Position numbers and translations under genes: made by a program. Positions 1-14,335 of a stretch of 64,000 nucleotides of DNA are shown here, in pieces. The first letter of the stretch is position 1. Each line of letters begins with the position of its first letter. Under the pieces are notes generated by a model. That model was not told where the DNA came from and ran no database searches. It saw nothing but the letters and a program-made list of their open reading frames with translations. Source of the DNA: Phoronis australis (Eukaryota; Animalia; Phoronida); NCBI GenBank assembly GCA_002633005.1, contig NMRA01000388.1, positions 124,001-188,000 on the forward strand, given 5' to 3'.

Positions 1-329
1 GCAAATGTGAAGGTGCCTGACATTTCATCTTTCTCAATATCTAGTTGTTTTATAAGTTAGTATGCATACATGATACAAATTAGCAGCCACCAGTATTTAG
101 CAGACAATTCTGTTCATTCAGTTGCTAATAAAATAGCTATGTTTCTATAGTCTCAGTCTAGAAGTATTGTCACAGTCAGTCCTATTTTGTTCAAACCTGG
201 TTTTGGAAAAAGGTAATTTTAGAATTTTATGCGGTGAATCACATCGATTTTCCCATTAATTAAACAAAGTAACTTTTACGAGGACAAAAATAAATTTGAG
301 TTATTTTGAATGACATTTGCTTTAAAAGT

Positions 330-638
330 ATCGTTTTGCGTTGGAACTGACCCCAAAACATAAAACTAGCACCAAAAATGCACTTCTCACCCCTCAAAAC
401 ATTGAAACGATGATATCACAATGTGTTCTAGTGATAATAATAGCCAACATATGCCAATTTCCATTTTCGGCGGCGGCCATATTGGATTTTGCGCGTAACA
501 ACCACCAGGGGGTAAGAACACTTTGTTTGCGGTGTTTTTTGAATTTCTTTTGCTTATACCTAATAGCGTGCCAAATTGCAAAAACGTGTCACAAAGTGCC
601 CAATTTTTGCAAATCTGTACATTATTCCCTCCCCGCTA
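330..638. mobile_element. Possible terminus of a second Academ-like element
   Basis: ggcggccatattggattt subterminal motif and a ...ccctccccgcta end; partner end not in the window. Confidence 0.35.
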
Positions 639-739
639 TCTTAAGTTACAGCTACCTTTCAATGCACGAAAGGTAACCTTATACTAAGGTGACTTTGTGG
701 TGGCTTTGGGTTAGCGTATTGTGCGTATTGTGAAAGAGG

Positions 740-3465
740 CTTGGAGTTTGTTGTGTAATTTTGTTGGTTTTTTTGGGAAAGTGGAAGCTATACATTTTTG
801 GAAACCTCGTGGAATGACAGTTCAGAAAATAATTGATTCCATTTTTGTCGGGCGTCTTGGATTTTCAAAAATGGCGCCGGTAAAATGCATTTTGCCCAAT
901 ATCTCCGCTTTTGGGTCACATACATTGTTGTTTTTTATGGCTACACCTGCATTTCTCAGCTCAAGGAATTGGAAATTTTATTTTATTGGCGGCAATCTTG
1001 GCGGCCATCTTAGATTTTTAAAAATGGCCCCATAAAATACATTTTCCTCAGTGTCTTTGTTCTTGGGTCACTTAGAACGTTAGTTATAATGGCTGCACCC
1101 ACATTTTTGTGGTGAAGAAATATGAAAATCCAACTCATTAAATAGAAAACATAACCAAAACCCCTTTTATTAGCAGCCACATTTTCTAAATGCATTCTTC
1201 ATGTAATCCAACACATATGATCACTATCTAACTTTCTTGTATATTTTGTTCGGAGCTTGTTTCCTTCAAGACACTTAAACTAAACCAGTATCCAAACAAC
1301 TTATTTACCTTTGAAGAGCATGAGAATGTGTTTTTGTAGCGTCAATAGTCTTTCAAAACTTTGAAATCAGTCTATAGATCATTACTATAGTCATCACTGT
1401 CACCAGGAATCACATAATCATCACCATTTTTACACTCTGCCCTATACTGATATAGATCTGAGTAAGGAAGGTACTTCGATCGGCAAGAGCATCTTTTGGA
1501 AAGGGGCAATCGTTTTTGCACTGGCATCTAACCAGTCCAATGATAGCCTTTGGCGCCGGAAGCTCCTCAGTTGTGAGGGTTTCATCTGGTCATCTTTGTC
1601 CTTGTAAATTCATTCTGCAATGGGTCAAGGACCTCCAGTCGAGCAATGACTGCCTGGTCCCACACTCTAGCTTGAATAAACACCCTCAGCACATGCTGTT
1701 TCAAAGCACCAATGTTTGGTGGACGTTTGTCACCTTCAGCCATACGTTTACAGAGGAGGTACATTCTCAACTCTGGGAGGCTATTTGTCTCTATTCCTGT
1801 GGTGAGTACGCAGCACATGTAAAAGGGGCTAATGTGAAAAGAGGTTCACCTGTTACTTCGTAAGCAGTACAAAGAGTCTGCAGTGCATTAATATCATCAG
1901 CGTTTGCCTTCAAATATATATTCAACCTACAGAATGGACCAGTGTTGTCTGTCAATGTAAAAGCATGGAAAGCCAGAAGAGCCTTTGCCCAGACAGCACC
2001 TAATATTGTCCTTTTTCATGCGCCCACCCAGAGGTGGCTCAAAAGAGCCCCCCAAAAAGTCCGAGAACACGGGACAAAAGTCCACTAAATATACGCAAAA
2101 TCGCAATTCACAGTGGTGCACCCGTTTTTTTTTTAGTCCGCCCGCTCTTTTGTTAGCAAATAGTCCATAACGTCGATGTGATGCCAGGACTGCATGATGC
2201 ATTAGCAATGTATCTGCTTCTTCGTGGTTGTCTTCTTCTAAGCGTAGATCACGTCGGTTACGTTTTGTGCATCCTGAAGCTATCTTGGCAGAGTCTTTAC
2301 TATATTCAAATGTCTTTGTAGACAGATATTCAGTAAGTTGAAAGGAAACGGCTCATTGGGATGTTCTGTATGTACATGTAAGTCTCATCTTTTATCTGGT
2401 ACTGTACTCGACCTTTTCCCTGCCTCCTTTTTTCCTTTTGTAGCTTGTTTCAAAGAGTTGTCTTTGTTAAATAAAACCGGAATGATATCGTCATAATCTC
2501 TACTTAAGAACATCACTTCCATACTATCCACACGTGCACTCAGTGGATGTTGTATACATGTTTTCTGGATCTAAAACCTCTCTTGCAGCTTGAGGACTGT
2601 CCTGTTCTAAGGCGTCTGCTTCGGAAAGTTTCTTCAAAAGCTGGATTCGATTCGACTTGTCTCTGCTTGGCCGCATTGCCCCACTGACAGCAAAGATTGC
2701 TCTTGGTGTTAGGGTGAATTCATAGTGGCTGATAGCATGTTTCTGGTCGATTTGCCCAGCAGGCTACAACTCCTGTTGTTCTCATCATTGATCCTCAGCC
2801 TGATTACTGCCAAAATTATCTGCCATCCGACTGTCAAAGCAAAATGCATTTCAAGTGAGTAGAGGAGAGCTGGATTCCAAAGTGAACAGTGGGAAAATTG
2901 TCGAAATCTTCAAAAGATATGTCTCAAATGTCTTTTCAAAAAGATAAAGATATATACTGTGAATAAAGGTTAATCTGCGTTTCTCTGATTCCTTTAAATA
3001 TTCTGGGAGTTCGTAGCTGCTATTAACAGTCATTTAGATTATATGTATCATTTTAGAAATATGGTTTTCAATTCCTTACCCCACAAAATGTGGGTGAAGC
3101 CATTAAAACTAACATTCTATGTGACCCAAGAGCAGAGATACTGAGCAAAATGTATTTTACGGGAGCTATTTTTCAAATTCCAAGATGGACTCCAATAAAA
3201 TTAAAATTTCCAATTCATTGACCTGAGAACTGCAGGTGTAGCCATAAAAACTAACATTCTCACTGACACAAGGGTGGATATATTGGGCAAAATCTATCTT
3301 AGCGGCGCCATTTTTAAAAATCCAAGATGTCCGCCAAGATGGCCACCAAAATTGGAATCACTTATTTTCTGATTCGTCATTCCATGAATTATCCAAAAAT
3401 GTAGTTCCCACTTTCCCCAAAAAATTCCAACGAATGTCAAAATTTGGACATAGTGAACCTGACTA
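740..3465 (-). mobile_element. Academ-type DNA transposon remnant
   Basis: Long imperfect inverted repeats (~760-1135 vs ~3062-3440); right terminus ...ctgacta; decayed transposase on - with NHEEADTLL (~2209-2229) and PP..GALKQHVLRVFIQARVW. Confidence 0.75.
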
Positions 3466-4648
3466 TTAGTCACGTCAGTTCGTTAGCTACCATATTCACT
3501 TCGAAACTGGTTCCTTTTTCCCTCCCATTAAGCTATTAATAGAATTGATTAATCGTGTCCCTTCCTGGTCTTGGAAAGAATTGAATCGCTAATGTATGTG
3601 ACCAGGCTCAACAAGTTGATTTGTTTTACGCGCCAAGCACGGTCTTGCCAGGTGATTACGTTGTTCATGGTTTGCCAAAGCGACGCGCAACTAGACATCA
3701 GCAACTTTTGAAATTTCATAGTATTACTTGTTTTGTTATACAGTTGAATACCAGACAGTTTTACTATTTGCGTTTGTAAAAATGAACTGAAAATCCACTT
3801 GCTATAATGTATTATGATTTGTATTTATTCGAAGTTGCATTATTCTAAATTTAGATCACTTACCGCAGTTGTCTCACCTTGCTCCTTATCAAATGGTTTC
3901 TAGAATTGGAAAGAATTGATGGTCAGCTAAAGTTTGAGAACAGGTTCAATGCATAAAATGACCCAATGTGCAAAGCTTTTCTGCTGAGCCTGACTCAATC
4001 AATAACGCATGGTCAGTATATTCTCAATGGACGAAATCTGTGATCTTACGCATAAGCCGTGACGTCATTATTCACTAGCAACACCCTGGAAGATGTAGCA
4101 CGCATTACTTCCGGCAAGTACGTCGTCTGCTAATAATGGTCATTTCGTAGGGATTTGGATCGGCGGCTTTGCACAACTCACATCCGTGTTTAAATAAAAG
4201 CTCGTAAAACGTTAACACCTTAAATATAGCTCATATTAATACTCCATAAATTACCATCAGGCCTACTCAAAAACCAATCTCGCACTTCAACAGCAGTTTA
4301 CTTGACGTTTCATTTTAAGTTTGAATGCACGCCGGTGCCGCTCAAAATATCTGAACTCTACTGTTGGAAGACCTTGAACAACGTTTCAATGCCAAAATTA
4401 TTTTTTCATTGTAATAGACTGTAAAGTAGATGGAAGGTGAATTGCCCGTCACAATACACTAACCGGAAGTTGTGCTTCCTATGTTTAGAGAGTGGCACCT
4501 CCTCTAGAATATTTCGCAGGAAAATGTCGCAGTTGCGAATCTGTTGTTTGTAATCTATGGTTTTATCAAATCCCAGAAACCATGTCTTGTTTAAGATAGC
4601 GTTTATGATCTGAATTACAGTGTAGCTTATTTACAGACATGTAAAGTG

Positions 4649-4729
4649 ATGGGGAGACATGGCGAGATGCGATTCAAAGTTCTACTATTCCTCTGGCTGT
4701 CGTCTACCTCGCCTTCCGTAGATGCCGCT
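4649..4729 (+). CDS. Putative signal-peptide exon of the kringle gene
   Basis: MGRHGEMRFKVLLFLWLSSTSPSVDAA then GTAAGT, with a ttacag acceptor just upstream. It ends in phase 0, so an unidentified exon is needed to join the phase-1 kringle exon. Confidence 0.45.
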
Positions 4730-5630
4730 GTAAGTGCAGTTAACGGCAACACCTCGTGGAAAGGTACATAGGGTGGCCATATTGACGTATTGGATACCAA
4801 TGTCACGAACACAAATGAAATGAATTTTAACGTAGTGAACCACTTGAATATGCCTCTGTAATGAATACTGTACAGCTCTATACAGGAAACAGTGAATTAA
4901 CCCACAGTTTTGCCGCCGAGAACTGAATTAAGTCACCGTTCTTTGGCATGCATGTGGAACCTTTTACCACGGATTTCGTGTTTGCAGGTCTTGGACGGAC
5001 GTTTGGGTGGTCGTGGTTGGGTTTTAAATGCACAGCCACGGAAATGTTTCATCTCCCTGAAGTAACATTCAATTTGACATGGCCATCATGTGGCGAGTAA
5101 CTTAAACTAACTGCATCACCTCTGCTTTCAACTCAATAATTTACTGATGCATAAAACTCAATTTTATTCCAAAACAGGTAAAATAACGACCTGGCCGAGA
5201 GCTTCGACAAAAGTTAATGCATTTCATTGAAATTGAACTTCACACAGTTGACTTGCATTTACAAATGACCTTTGCAAACTGACCACTTTTACCATCTATC
5301 ACTGTAAGAAGGAATAAACATGTTGATAACGCAAAGTAGACAAAACGGTACGACTTGTAACATAACCCTTACCTTGCAAAGTACGTCGGGGTAGGCAGCT
5401 TTGTTGTTGTTGCATTACGTGCTTTCTCCGTAAGTTTAGCAGAACAGATCCCTCGGTAACCACTCGTGGAACTATTTCCGTGACAACGATATCACGCTCA
5501 CAATCCATCCGCTATTTCAGATCACGTTCTCACACCAATTTCTGTTTTAACCATGAGCAGAGCAGATTTGCGTGTAGATATGCCTTATATTCTAGTTGGT
5601 AGTTGGTCCATTCTTGTTGTTTTATTTACC

Positions 5631-5689
<59 letters not shown>

Positions 5690-5855
5690 TCCAAGTTGGT
5701 TGCTGGGTCCCGCGCAAATTTCGCCTAGACGTGTAGACAAAATTTAATGAAGATAAAAGTAAGAGGTACATCATCTTATATGGTATATATATGGTATATA
5801 TATATATATATATATATATACCATATATATACCATATATATATATATATATATAT
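5631..5855. repeat. (TA)n microsatellites
   Basis: Runs at ~5631-5688 and ~5778-5855. Confidence 0.9.
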
Positions 5856-5856
5856 C

Positions 5857-6880
5857 TGTCACATCACTCGTGTCATCCCTTTCATTTCAAGAAAAGCCTT
5901 CCATATAGCCTTGCCCTAAGAATTCGACGCATTTGTTCAGAAGAAACTTCCTTTAATAACCGTTTAATAGAACTCAAGTACTATCTAGTTCAACGTCATA
6001 TCCCCTTACATCTTATACACAAACGGTTTGACAAAGACCACTCAGTCACAAGAAACGAATCTTGAAGAACTAAAACAAAAGAATATCTTTCATAACTATG
6101 TTCAATCCATGTTTAAACGGAACTAGCCACGTCTTCAGAAAACATATTTCCATGCTGCATATTTCCCTTCAAATGAAAAACCTATTTCCTCATCCACCTA
6201 TAATTTCTTGGAGAAAATGTAAAAATCTAAAAAATTATTTAGTTAAAGCTAATATCGACAAAATGTACCAAACTGACAAACCTATTGGCAATACACAATG
6301 TAACAAAACTAGATGTAAAATGTGTAACTTTATCAACGATAGTACTTTCTTCCAGTCTTCCCAAACCAATGAAAACTTTGAAATAAAACATTATTCTGAT
6401 TGCACCACCAACAATATTATTTAACTTATAACATGTAAAAAATGTTCTATCCAATACGTAGGACAAACTCAACATAATCTACAAACTCGGTTTCGTAATC
6501 ATAGATTTAACATAATACACAAAAAGATTTCTGATTCTATAGGTAATCATTTCAATTCCAAAAATCATAGCCTTCAAGATCTTTCTGTACAAATAATGGA
6601 AAAACTCCAATACCCCAGTACCCCTCACAGACTCAAAAGGGAATAATTTTGGATAGACAAGCTCAATACATTAGAACCTCATGAATTAAACATAAAAACT
6701 TCTTAAATTGTATCATTGAATTTTTTTCCACAACAATGTATCATATTTATTACGACACATCTTAAATGTCAATTGTCATTTAGTGTTTGATTTACTTTAT
6801 TTCTGTTTCTGTTGACGAAGGATGTTATTATATCCGAAAACTTCAGTTGATCCATTCTTGTTGGTTTATTTACCTATGTA
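5857..6880 (+). mobile_element. Penelope-like retroelement (Neptune-type), 3' fragment
   Basis: HP..KKSLPYSLALRIRRICS, CNKTRCKMC zinc knuckle and GIY-YIG (YLITCKKCSIQYVGQT...RFRNH...FWIDKLNT), with stops and frameshifts; adjacent to (TA)n. Confidence 0.88.
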
Positions 6881-7638
6881 TATTCCAAAGATTTAGGGAC
6901 ACCTTATAACAGTCGGTGTCAGTGGAGATGTACCGATAGCCTTAAATTTTCCCGAATTACAGTGGACATAGAGTTGCAATTTGGTTAGTGTACGTCTGTC
7001 TGTTTTAGATAAGAAAGTACGAGGTGAAGACAACACTTTATTGTGATCCTTTGACATCTGACAGCAGAGAGCAGCTTGCCACTGATGCACTTTTAGACGT
7101 CATGCAGCTAGACAGAAAGCGGCTGACAAACTTGTCGTTCAACCCAGTTGACCACAGTAAGCGAATTTTCGACTTTTTCGTAGCGTCAATCAGTGTACCA
7201 AGCAAAGTTTTACAAAAATGACAAAACCGTGCCGATGGTAAAATTTCCGAAACCCAGAAGACATATTCATGTACCTAGATGCTATGAATTTTCATCATGA
7301 AAGTATGAACGAACGTCAAAATGACAGTTAAAATACGGATTTCAAAAATTTAATTTCATGCAATGGGGTGCACCTTACACGCAATGTCATGAATTGCTCC
7401 CTTATCCACTATTTGCACGCTGTGGTGGCGCTGTAAAAGTGATTGTTGGGACAAAATGTTTCGTTTTAGCGTCAAAGTCAACAACGTACATACAGAATCA
7501 TTTTACACGCAGCTTTGTATCAGCACCTCATTTTCAAGCATAATGGCAAGTAGTGAATAATGCCTCAGTATATTCCACCCTTCCACTTAACTTCCTGCTA
7601 GACGTTCTTGTGCATTGTGAATTGTAATTGACTTGCAG

Positions 7639-7929
7639 TACCAACCCTCTCTATGACTTGTAAACTCGATGCCAAGGGTGTCCAATACAATGGTGACCTT
7701 GCAACGTCGTTGGAGGGGACAAAGTGCAGAAAATGGTCCAGTCAGGAGGTTCAGAGGCACATGACAAAATATAGCCAACTCTCTAAAGGATACAACAGTT
7801 GGCCATCAAAAGTGCAATCTTCTAACTTCTGCCGTAACCCGGACGGGGATGCAAGAGGTCCATGGTGTTACATCGAAGATCAGGATATGCCGGCCCACCA
7901 TTTTTGCAACATTGAAATCTGCCACGGCC
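7639..7929 (+). CDS. Kringle-domain exon
   Basis: All six kringle Cys present (CKLDAKGVQYNG...CRKWS...NFCRNPDGDARGPWCY...FCNIEIC); ttgcag acceptor, gtaggt donor, phase 1-1. Confidence 0.9.
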
Positions 7930-10900
7930 GTAGGTAGTTCACAGTAATAAATACACTGTTTCTGAGCTCTGCGTGCATTAGTGGAGTTGCACATCTTACT
8001 TGTGGCAGCGTCCCCAAACGAAATCCATGCATTCTTTAAATTTGATTTCGTATTATGTGTCTCGCAATAACAAGCGGTCAAATGTTCAACCATACATGTA
8101 GATAGATAGCGGTACATTAAACCTGGATTACGACAGGACATCACGCTCACAATGCACTACATCAGACCACGCTCTCACGCCACTTTCTGTTTTTAATCAC
8201 CAGAGCAGATTTGCGTGCAGGTGTGCGAAAGTCGCTTAGCGACGTAATAAGATTATGAAACATGCATTGGAATTGCTCTAAAAACCCTCGACCTAAACAA
8301 CCTATAACACCTCCTCGACCCATGACCCCCTCGACCCACGAACCAGAACCCTCTTGACCCAGTCTACACAAGCTCGACTCGATCCGAATATAGAATACGC
8401 GCTGACTTGCAGGACCAACGCTTGGAGCCGTGACCTCGACTGGGTTTTTCCTGTTTTTTGCCATTAAAGAAAGTTAATTCGGTAAATTTGAAAGCCAAAA
8501 CCAAATAAACAACGTGACCAAATCAAGTCAAAGATCAACCAACTTTGCAAATTTTGTTTCCGGCAGAGTGTAATTGTGCCGTGTGCTCTTCAGTGAATGA
8601 CAGATTCAAGCTTTTTTAGAAGAGTGGGGTAACTCACAAATGTGTAATTTCTTCAGTAAATACAGTTTACGCAAACTTCGCTAAAAGCACGACTTGACTT
8701 TTTGTTTGCAAGCTTGATACTGGTACGCTCGTAATTTCGGAACAGTCTCCTTTCTTCAGGTGTTCCTAAGTTCAAATAAAGTCGATTTGTCGAAGCCGAG
8801 AAAAAGCCGATTAAACTGGGACAAGTGAAAGTCTTAAAGTCTTCGGTTAATTATTCGGTGAAAACTTGTTTTCGGTACACATTTCCTATAAAATCCTTAA
8901 CTATGTTAGCTATTTCAACGTTCACTCGCAATGTCAACTGATTTTGCAGTGCGTAACTAGCTTAATTATCATTAAAACTTCAAATAGACGTATCGTTCCC
9001 AGCCAACTTTTACTGTTGTTTACGACCTGCTTTCTAAGTAGGTCACAGTTCATTGCCTGTACACGTCACGTGCTGGGAGACTAATACAAAACCAAGTAAG
9101 AAATGGATTACAAAAATCGAATCGCTGGTTAAAGTAGGTCGTTAGCATGAGATCGAAACATCGAAATGTCGACTTATTGATTGAAGTATGGAATTAGGGT
9201 GAGGACTTACCTCTTTTCACCACTTTCTGTATTCGTGACCACAGAGGCCTGAGACGACTCGTAGCATTCGTTTTCAACGCCAACGGTCGTATGTATGTAG
9301 ACGCACAACTCCCTTAGGATCAAAACTACGTTTTGTCGTTGTTTGCCCCGGGACCATTCTGTCATAAGTACACCTGGTTGGCTAAATGTTATGGCGACTT
9401 TGTGAATGAAGGACTGACGGTATACGAAGCTGTTCTGTACCTGGCAAGAGATTCGATTTAATTGAAAGCCATTTAACCTTTGACCTTGGATAAGTAGTAA
9501 ACAAATATCCACGCCGTTGTGCGGTTCCAAGGCGGTCCTGCTAAATCTTTTTTTTGTCTCACACGGGGTATATATTTTGTATTTGAAGTTCCCCGAGAAT
9601 GAAGATAAGGTATTTTGCTAGACAAAAGTGAACTATTGTAAAAATGGCCAATCTGTGTGAATAAGGTTGGAGATATCCTTAATAAAGGCTTTATAGAAAA
9701 ACCCGGCTAACGCTGTTTAGATTTGAACTCAAAAAGTTGCTTCTTTCCCATCGATCATTACATGTTTCGACAAGGATTACGATAATAAATTAAATCTAAC
9801 AACACACCAAGAGCTAGAGCTCATGTCTAATATCTCTACCCGAAACCGAATTCGAAATTTCGGCATTTTCGCTGTACTTTAATTTGGTGAATGCAAACAC
9901 AAAATAGTGTGCCTGACTACTGTACATCACATCGTAACAGTATTTTCTAGTCCAACTTTTCATTTAATGACCTCTAAGTTAGAGATAGAGCTTTTTGGTA
10001 ATACTCGAAACTTTCGTGTTTAGATGTTTTGCCTGAGGTTATCAAGTGCAAATTAGGATTAAACAATTTTCCAAGCAATCCATTATGCGCAGATTAATAG
10101 ACGCTTCTCTACAGTTTGCACAAAAGTAGAATAGAAAATACCAAAAATAATTTCGAGTTCAATCCCCAGTAAAAGATTAGATGTCGAGTCCAGGACAGAC
10201 AGAGCACAACCGGCTTCAACCTGGCTGCACGTTTAAGAATAAGACAGTAGAGATTCTTAAGAGGCAGTCTATATAAAAACCAGGTGATTTTCAAATGTCA
10301 GTTTATATGTTAAAATTCAAAACAACTTCTTTTTTGTACTCGGATATGTATCCTAACAAAAATCTAAACATTTTGTGCACTCAATGGCCCCTAAATGTTG
10401 CTGCTGGAGCACTAGACCGCTATTCACCATACTAGCCATCTCCGAAATTGAACGTTTTCAGCCAATTACAAAATAGATTGAAAATTGTACTTTGGTAGCT
10501 GTACTGTAAGTAATTATTTGGTATTTGACGGCTTTCTGCTAAACAGGGGAGATAATCCACATACCACTTTCTCTATCTATCGTTTTGTGACCCTCTTAGT
10601 GTTATATTGCACCTTGTAGCTTTTTGTAACCTACAACTAAACAGTAAATCATGATAACTGACAAAAATATATCTTGCCTCAACTTTACATTTAATGAACA
10701 TTTTCTTGCAAATTGTCCATTTTGAAAATGATGAGTATAGTTTACAGACAAATTGAACGCAATTTTGATCAAGAAATCTGTTTGAATTGTTATAAAAGTC
10801 AAGTTTAAAAGGTCTTTCAAATGAAAACCAGCTATTTCCTGGATAAATACGCGATTAGTATCAAAACTGAACGCGGTGACATTTGACCAGTCAATCAGTT

Positions 10901-13900
10901 GACATTAGGTTTGAGGATGTATAAAAATTGTACATGTAACCCTCTTGTTTTCTTCCATTATCATTTATTTGACAACTGCAGTTCAATTAAATGGAAATAA
11001 ATTCGTTTGATCACATTTGATTTAGGCCAGAACAGAAGCACGAACTTTAGGCCAGAACAGAAGCACGAACTTTAAAATTAGCGCGTTAGTAAATAACGAC
11101 ATATCTATCCAACGTTTTGGTTTATTACTCTAAACCATTGTCAAGGAAACAGTTTACTGACTCAATAGAGGCGACACATGTAGAGAAGAGACTGTACAGG
11201 TACACGTCAAAATGCATTTTGAAAGGGAGAGACCAGAAATCAAAACAGTTGGAACTCAAATGAACCAGTGTTTCTATTGAGGTAACGCTCAGCATGATTC
11301 ATCCGTATATGCATAGTCTCCTTTATAAGGATCCTGAGGGTGACATTTTCCTTGTCTAGGATCTGAACACCAGAGCAATATATAGTGTGACCAGTTGTCA
11401 AGGAATGATTGAGAACAGCACTGTGTGTGTCTACACTGTTCTTTGACTCTGATGCAAAGAATCCTGTTCGTCATTCCAATATAAAACTGTTCACATTCAC
11501 TACAGTTGAGTTGGTACACAAGATGACTTCTTTGAGAATTACTCAACGGTGTTTTCAGTCTGACAACGACAAAAGTCTGTTTACAGGTTTTAAGATTGTT
11601 ACGAGTTGCAAACATGGAGCAGTAACTCCAAGCATTCTCTTAACCTGTCTCTCGACTACACAACTGGTGTTACATAAACAGGGGAGATTGAGAAATACTT
11701 TTTTTCAATTCAGGCCCATGACAAACATCCGCAGGTGTCCTGGATTGGTTACGTAAAAACCTGTCAGTGTAAGATTTTATAAATGTTTAAGGGTATGCAT
11801 TTTGAAGCAAGAGGTTATTTAAAAATTCAAGTTCCTCGTCAAACAAGTCAGAATTGCTACATATTTTAAAGGCCCGATTAATTAGACTAATGACCAGACC
11901 AATTTTGTGCTTTTTCGGAACAAAGCTGTCCCACTTGAGGTACAGACCTTAGAAAGTGGGTTTTCTATTCACTGATGTAGAAAATACGTCATTCTGACGG
12001 TGAATTAATACATCAATAAAACTAATGCAGTTGTTTGCTTCTGACTAAATTTAACACTATGGCATAACGTGTCATTCAGTCAAGAAATGACTTAGCTTGA
12101 AGTTTGAATTTGTAAGAATTTCAATTTGTAAAGACTGGTTTTGAGGCTACAAAACTAAGAACAAATGCCATTTCTGTTCGTTTAGAGAAATTTCATTAAA
12201 ACAAGAGCGATCACTGAAGCTTTGTGGCTTACAGGAGAAAGCCACCCGATTTAATTAGCCTTTTTACCGTCTTAATCGGTCTATATCCACATCGCATCTT
12301 ATACGGTCGACGCCACTTTGCCGAGAGGTGTCGCGTTAACCTGTGAGGAAGGTGAGAAACGACGCAGCGATCGACGTCAGTGGTTCGTCTGCAGAGTGAA
12401 TGCCGCTTGCAGAACAATGAAGCAGCGAAAAAAAAACGGGTATATCGTTTTTTCGACTTCTCCAAGAGCCCAAAATGCTTAGGAAGTGGCTCGTGGTAGT
12501 GAAAAACGAAAGGTAAGCTGTTAATAGCAAGTATGAGGCCGTGAAACATCTCCGAGTGTCTGTGGCTGGCATTTCGTCGACAGTGATTTCTATGACGAAT
12601 TCTGGCTTACCAAAGAACTATCCATACGTTCCGTTGCCTATGCATGTTAACGGCTCCTCTCTAGTATTTCTTGATCAGTGTATTGCCGTTCGAACTGATA
12701 GCCTGTGAAATTAAACGATGCGACTCGTGAAGTCTTCTTCGGAAGGGCTCTTGATTTTCGGGATTGGCGCCGGGAGAGTTGCCATGTAGACGTTTATTAT
12801 TCTGCTTTCTGTTTCAAAATGAATTGTTCTCATCCTAACTAATGCTTATATAAAACTGAAACAAAGTCTGTCTCATCAGATACAATTTTCAATACCTTTG
12901 CAGTATTCGTGAGTGCAAATATTGAGAAGCCAGCAAAGATTAAATCACTGCGTTACCGGCTTTTGATGCCAGCAATGAAGGTGACTGACCGGGCACCGAG
13001 GCCGTGTGAGCGCATGCTAATTCAGTGTTTGCTGACAGAAAGTTGTTTTTAAACAATTACTCGATTCTATAGGTTTAGTTTCCAACTCAAGCTGGTTTAT
13101 GTTCATGCTAGTGCCTGCGGGCGCGACAGGCCTGGTCGGTCTCCGAGCCACTGGCAGGGATAACGAGTCAGTCCGGTCGCGACGGGCCTGATCGGGTTCT
13201 GAGCCACTTGCCGGGATAACAAGCGTTTTGTGTGTTTAGAACTAAAAAATCACATGTATCAACAACACAGGTCTAGGCTCTCCTGTCTTTAAATCACGGA
13301 AGAATACTTCGAATTTATCTCGGAACAGATTACAAACTCCTGCTACGGACCTTGGTAAATTGGCCTTTGAACTTTGTAGGCTACGGTGTGTCCAAATACC
13401 AATAAATCCGTAACAGAGAAATAGAACAACACGTTTTGATAAGTACTCGGTGTATTTTTAAGTGTTTTACATCGAAGTTTGACGATTTATTGGTATTAAA
13501 CGATGAATTCAAGCGATAAGCTGACACCAGTGACCCCTGTTGTGAACTGCTGAATAGACTGCGTGTGAAACCAATGACATCACTGGATAATTTCAACACC
13601 TCCGTCTGCCGTTAGGTGTCAGGTAATGCAACCGAACGTGCCGTTATGGACTAGAACTACTCAATCGAAATTGATACAAAACAGGTTGTTTTTAGGTGAC
13701 ATTCTCCTTTAAGTTTACGCTGTTTTATTATTTACCTTTGACCGACTATTTCATTCTTTACTAATTACGACCATGAAGAACCGTTTTGTTTTCGTTCAGA
13801 TCTACTACATGTGCTTTCATTTTGGCCCATGTGTCCGAAGTGGCAAAATCAGCCGATTTCATCTACTTGTATATGTTGTCAAGTTAAAAGTGACCTTTGT

Positions 13901-14265
13901 AGCATTAAGTCAAAAATATGCTCACATCTGTTTCTGTAGAATAAATATCTCTCATTTAAGCAAAACAGTGCTACAGAGACAGAGAATGTACAAGTGATTT
14001 GAAATGAATGAGACTTCTATCAATTATTCTAGACTGTGGTGTCCTCACATTAACGTGACCTATCTCCAGCAATTGTGAAGTGGAGCGCAAGACCAAATTT
14101 CTGTCTTAAGTCTTTTAAAATCATTTTTCACGATCCAAACAACCCCTTGTCTAAAATAAGGTTAGTTTTAGTTCAGAAATAACTTTAATTTAAAAAAAGT
14201 TGTTTAATTATTGATTTCCTAGAGCCAAGATATTGTTTATATATATCTATATATATATATATATA

Positions 14266-14335
<70 letters not shown>

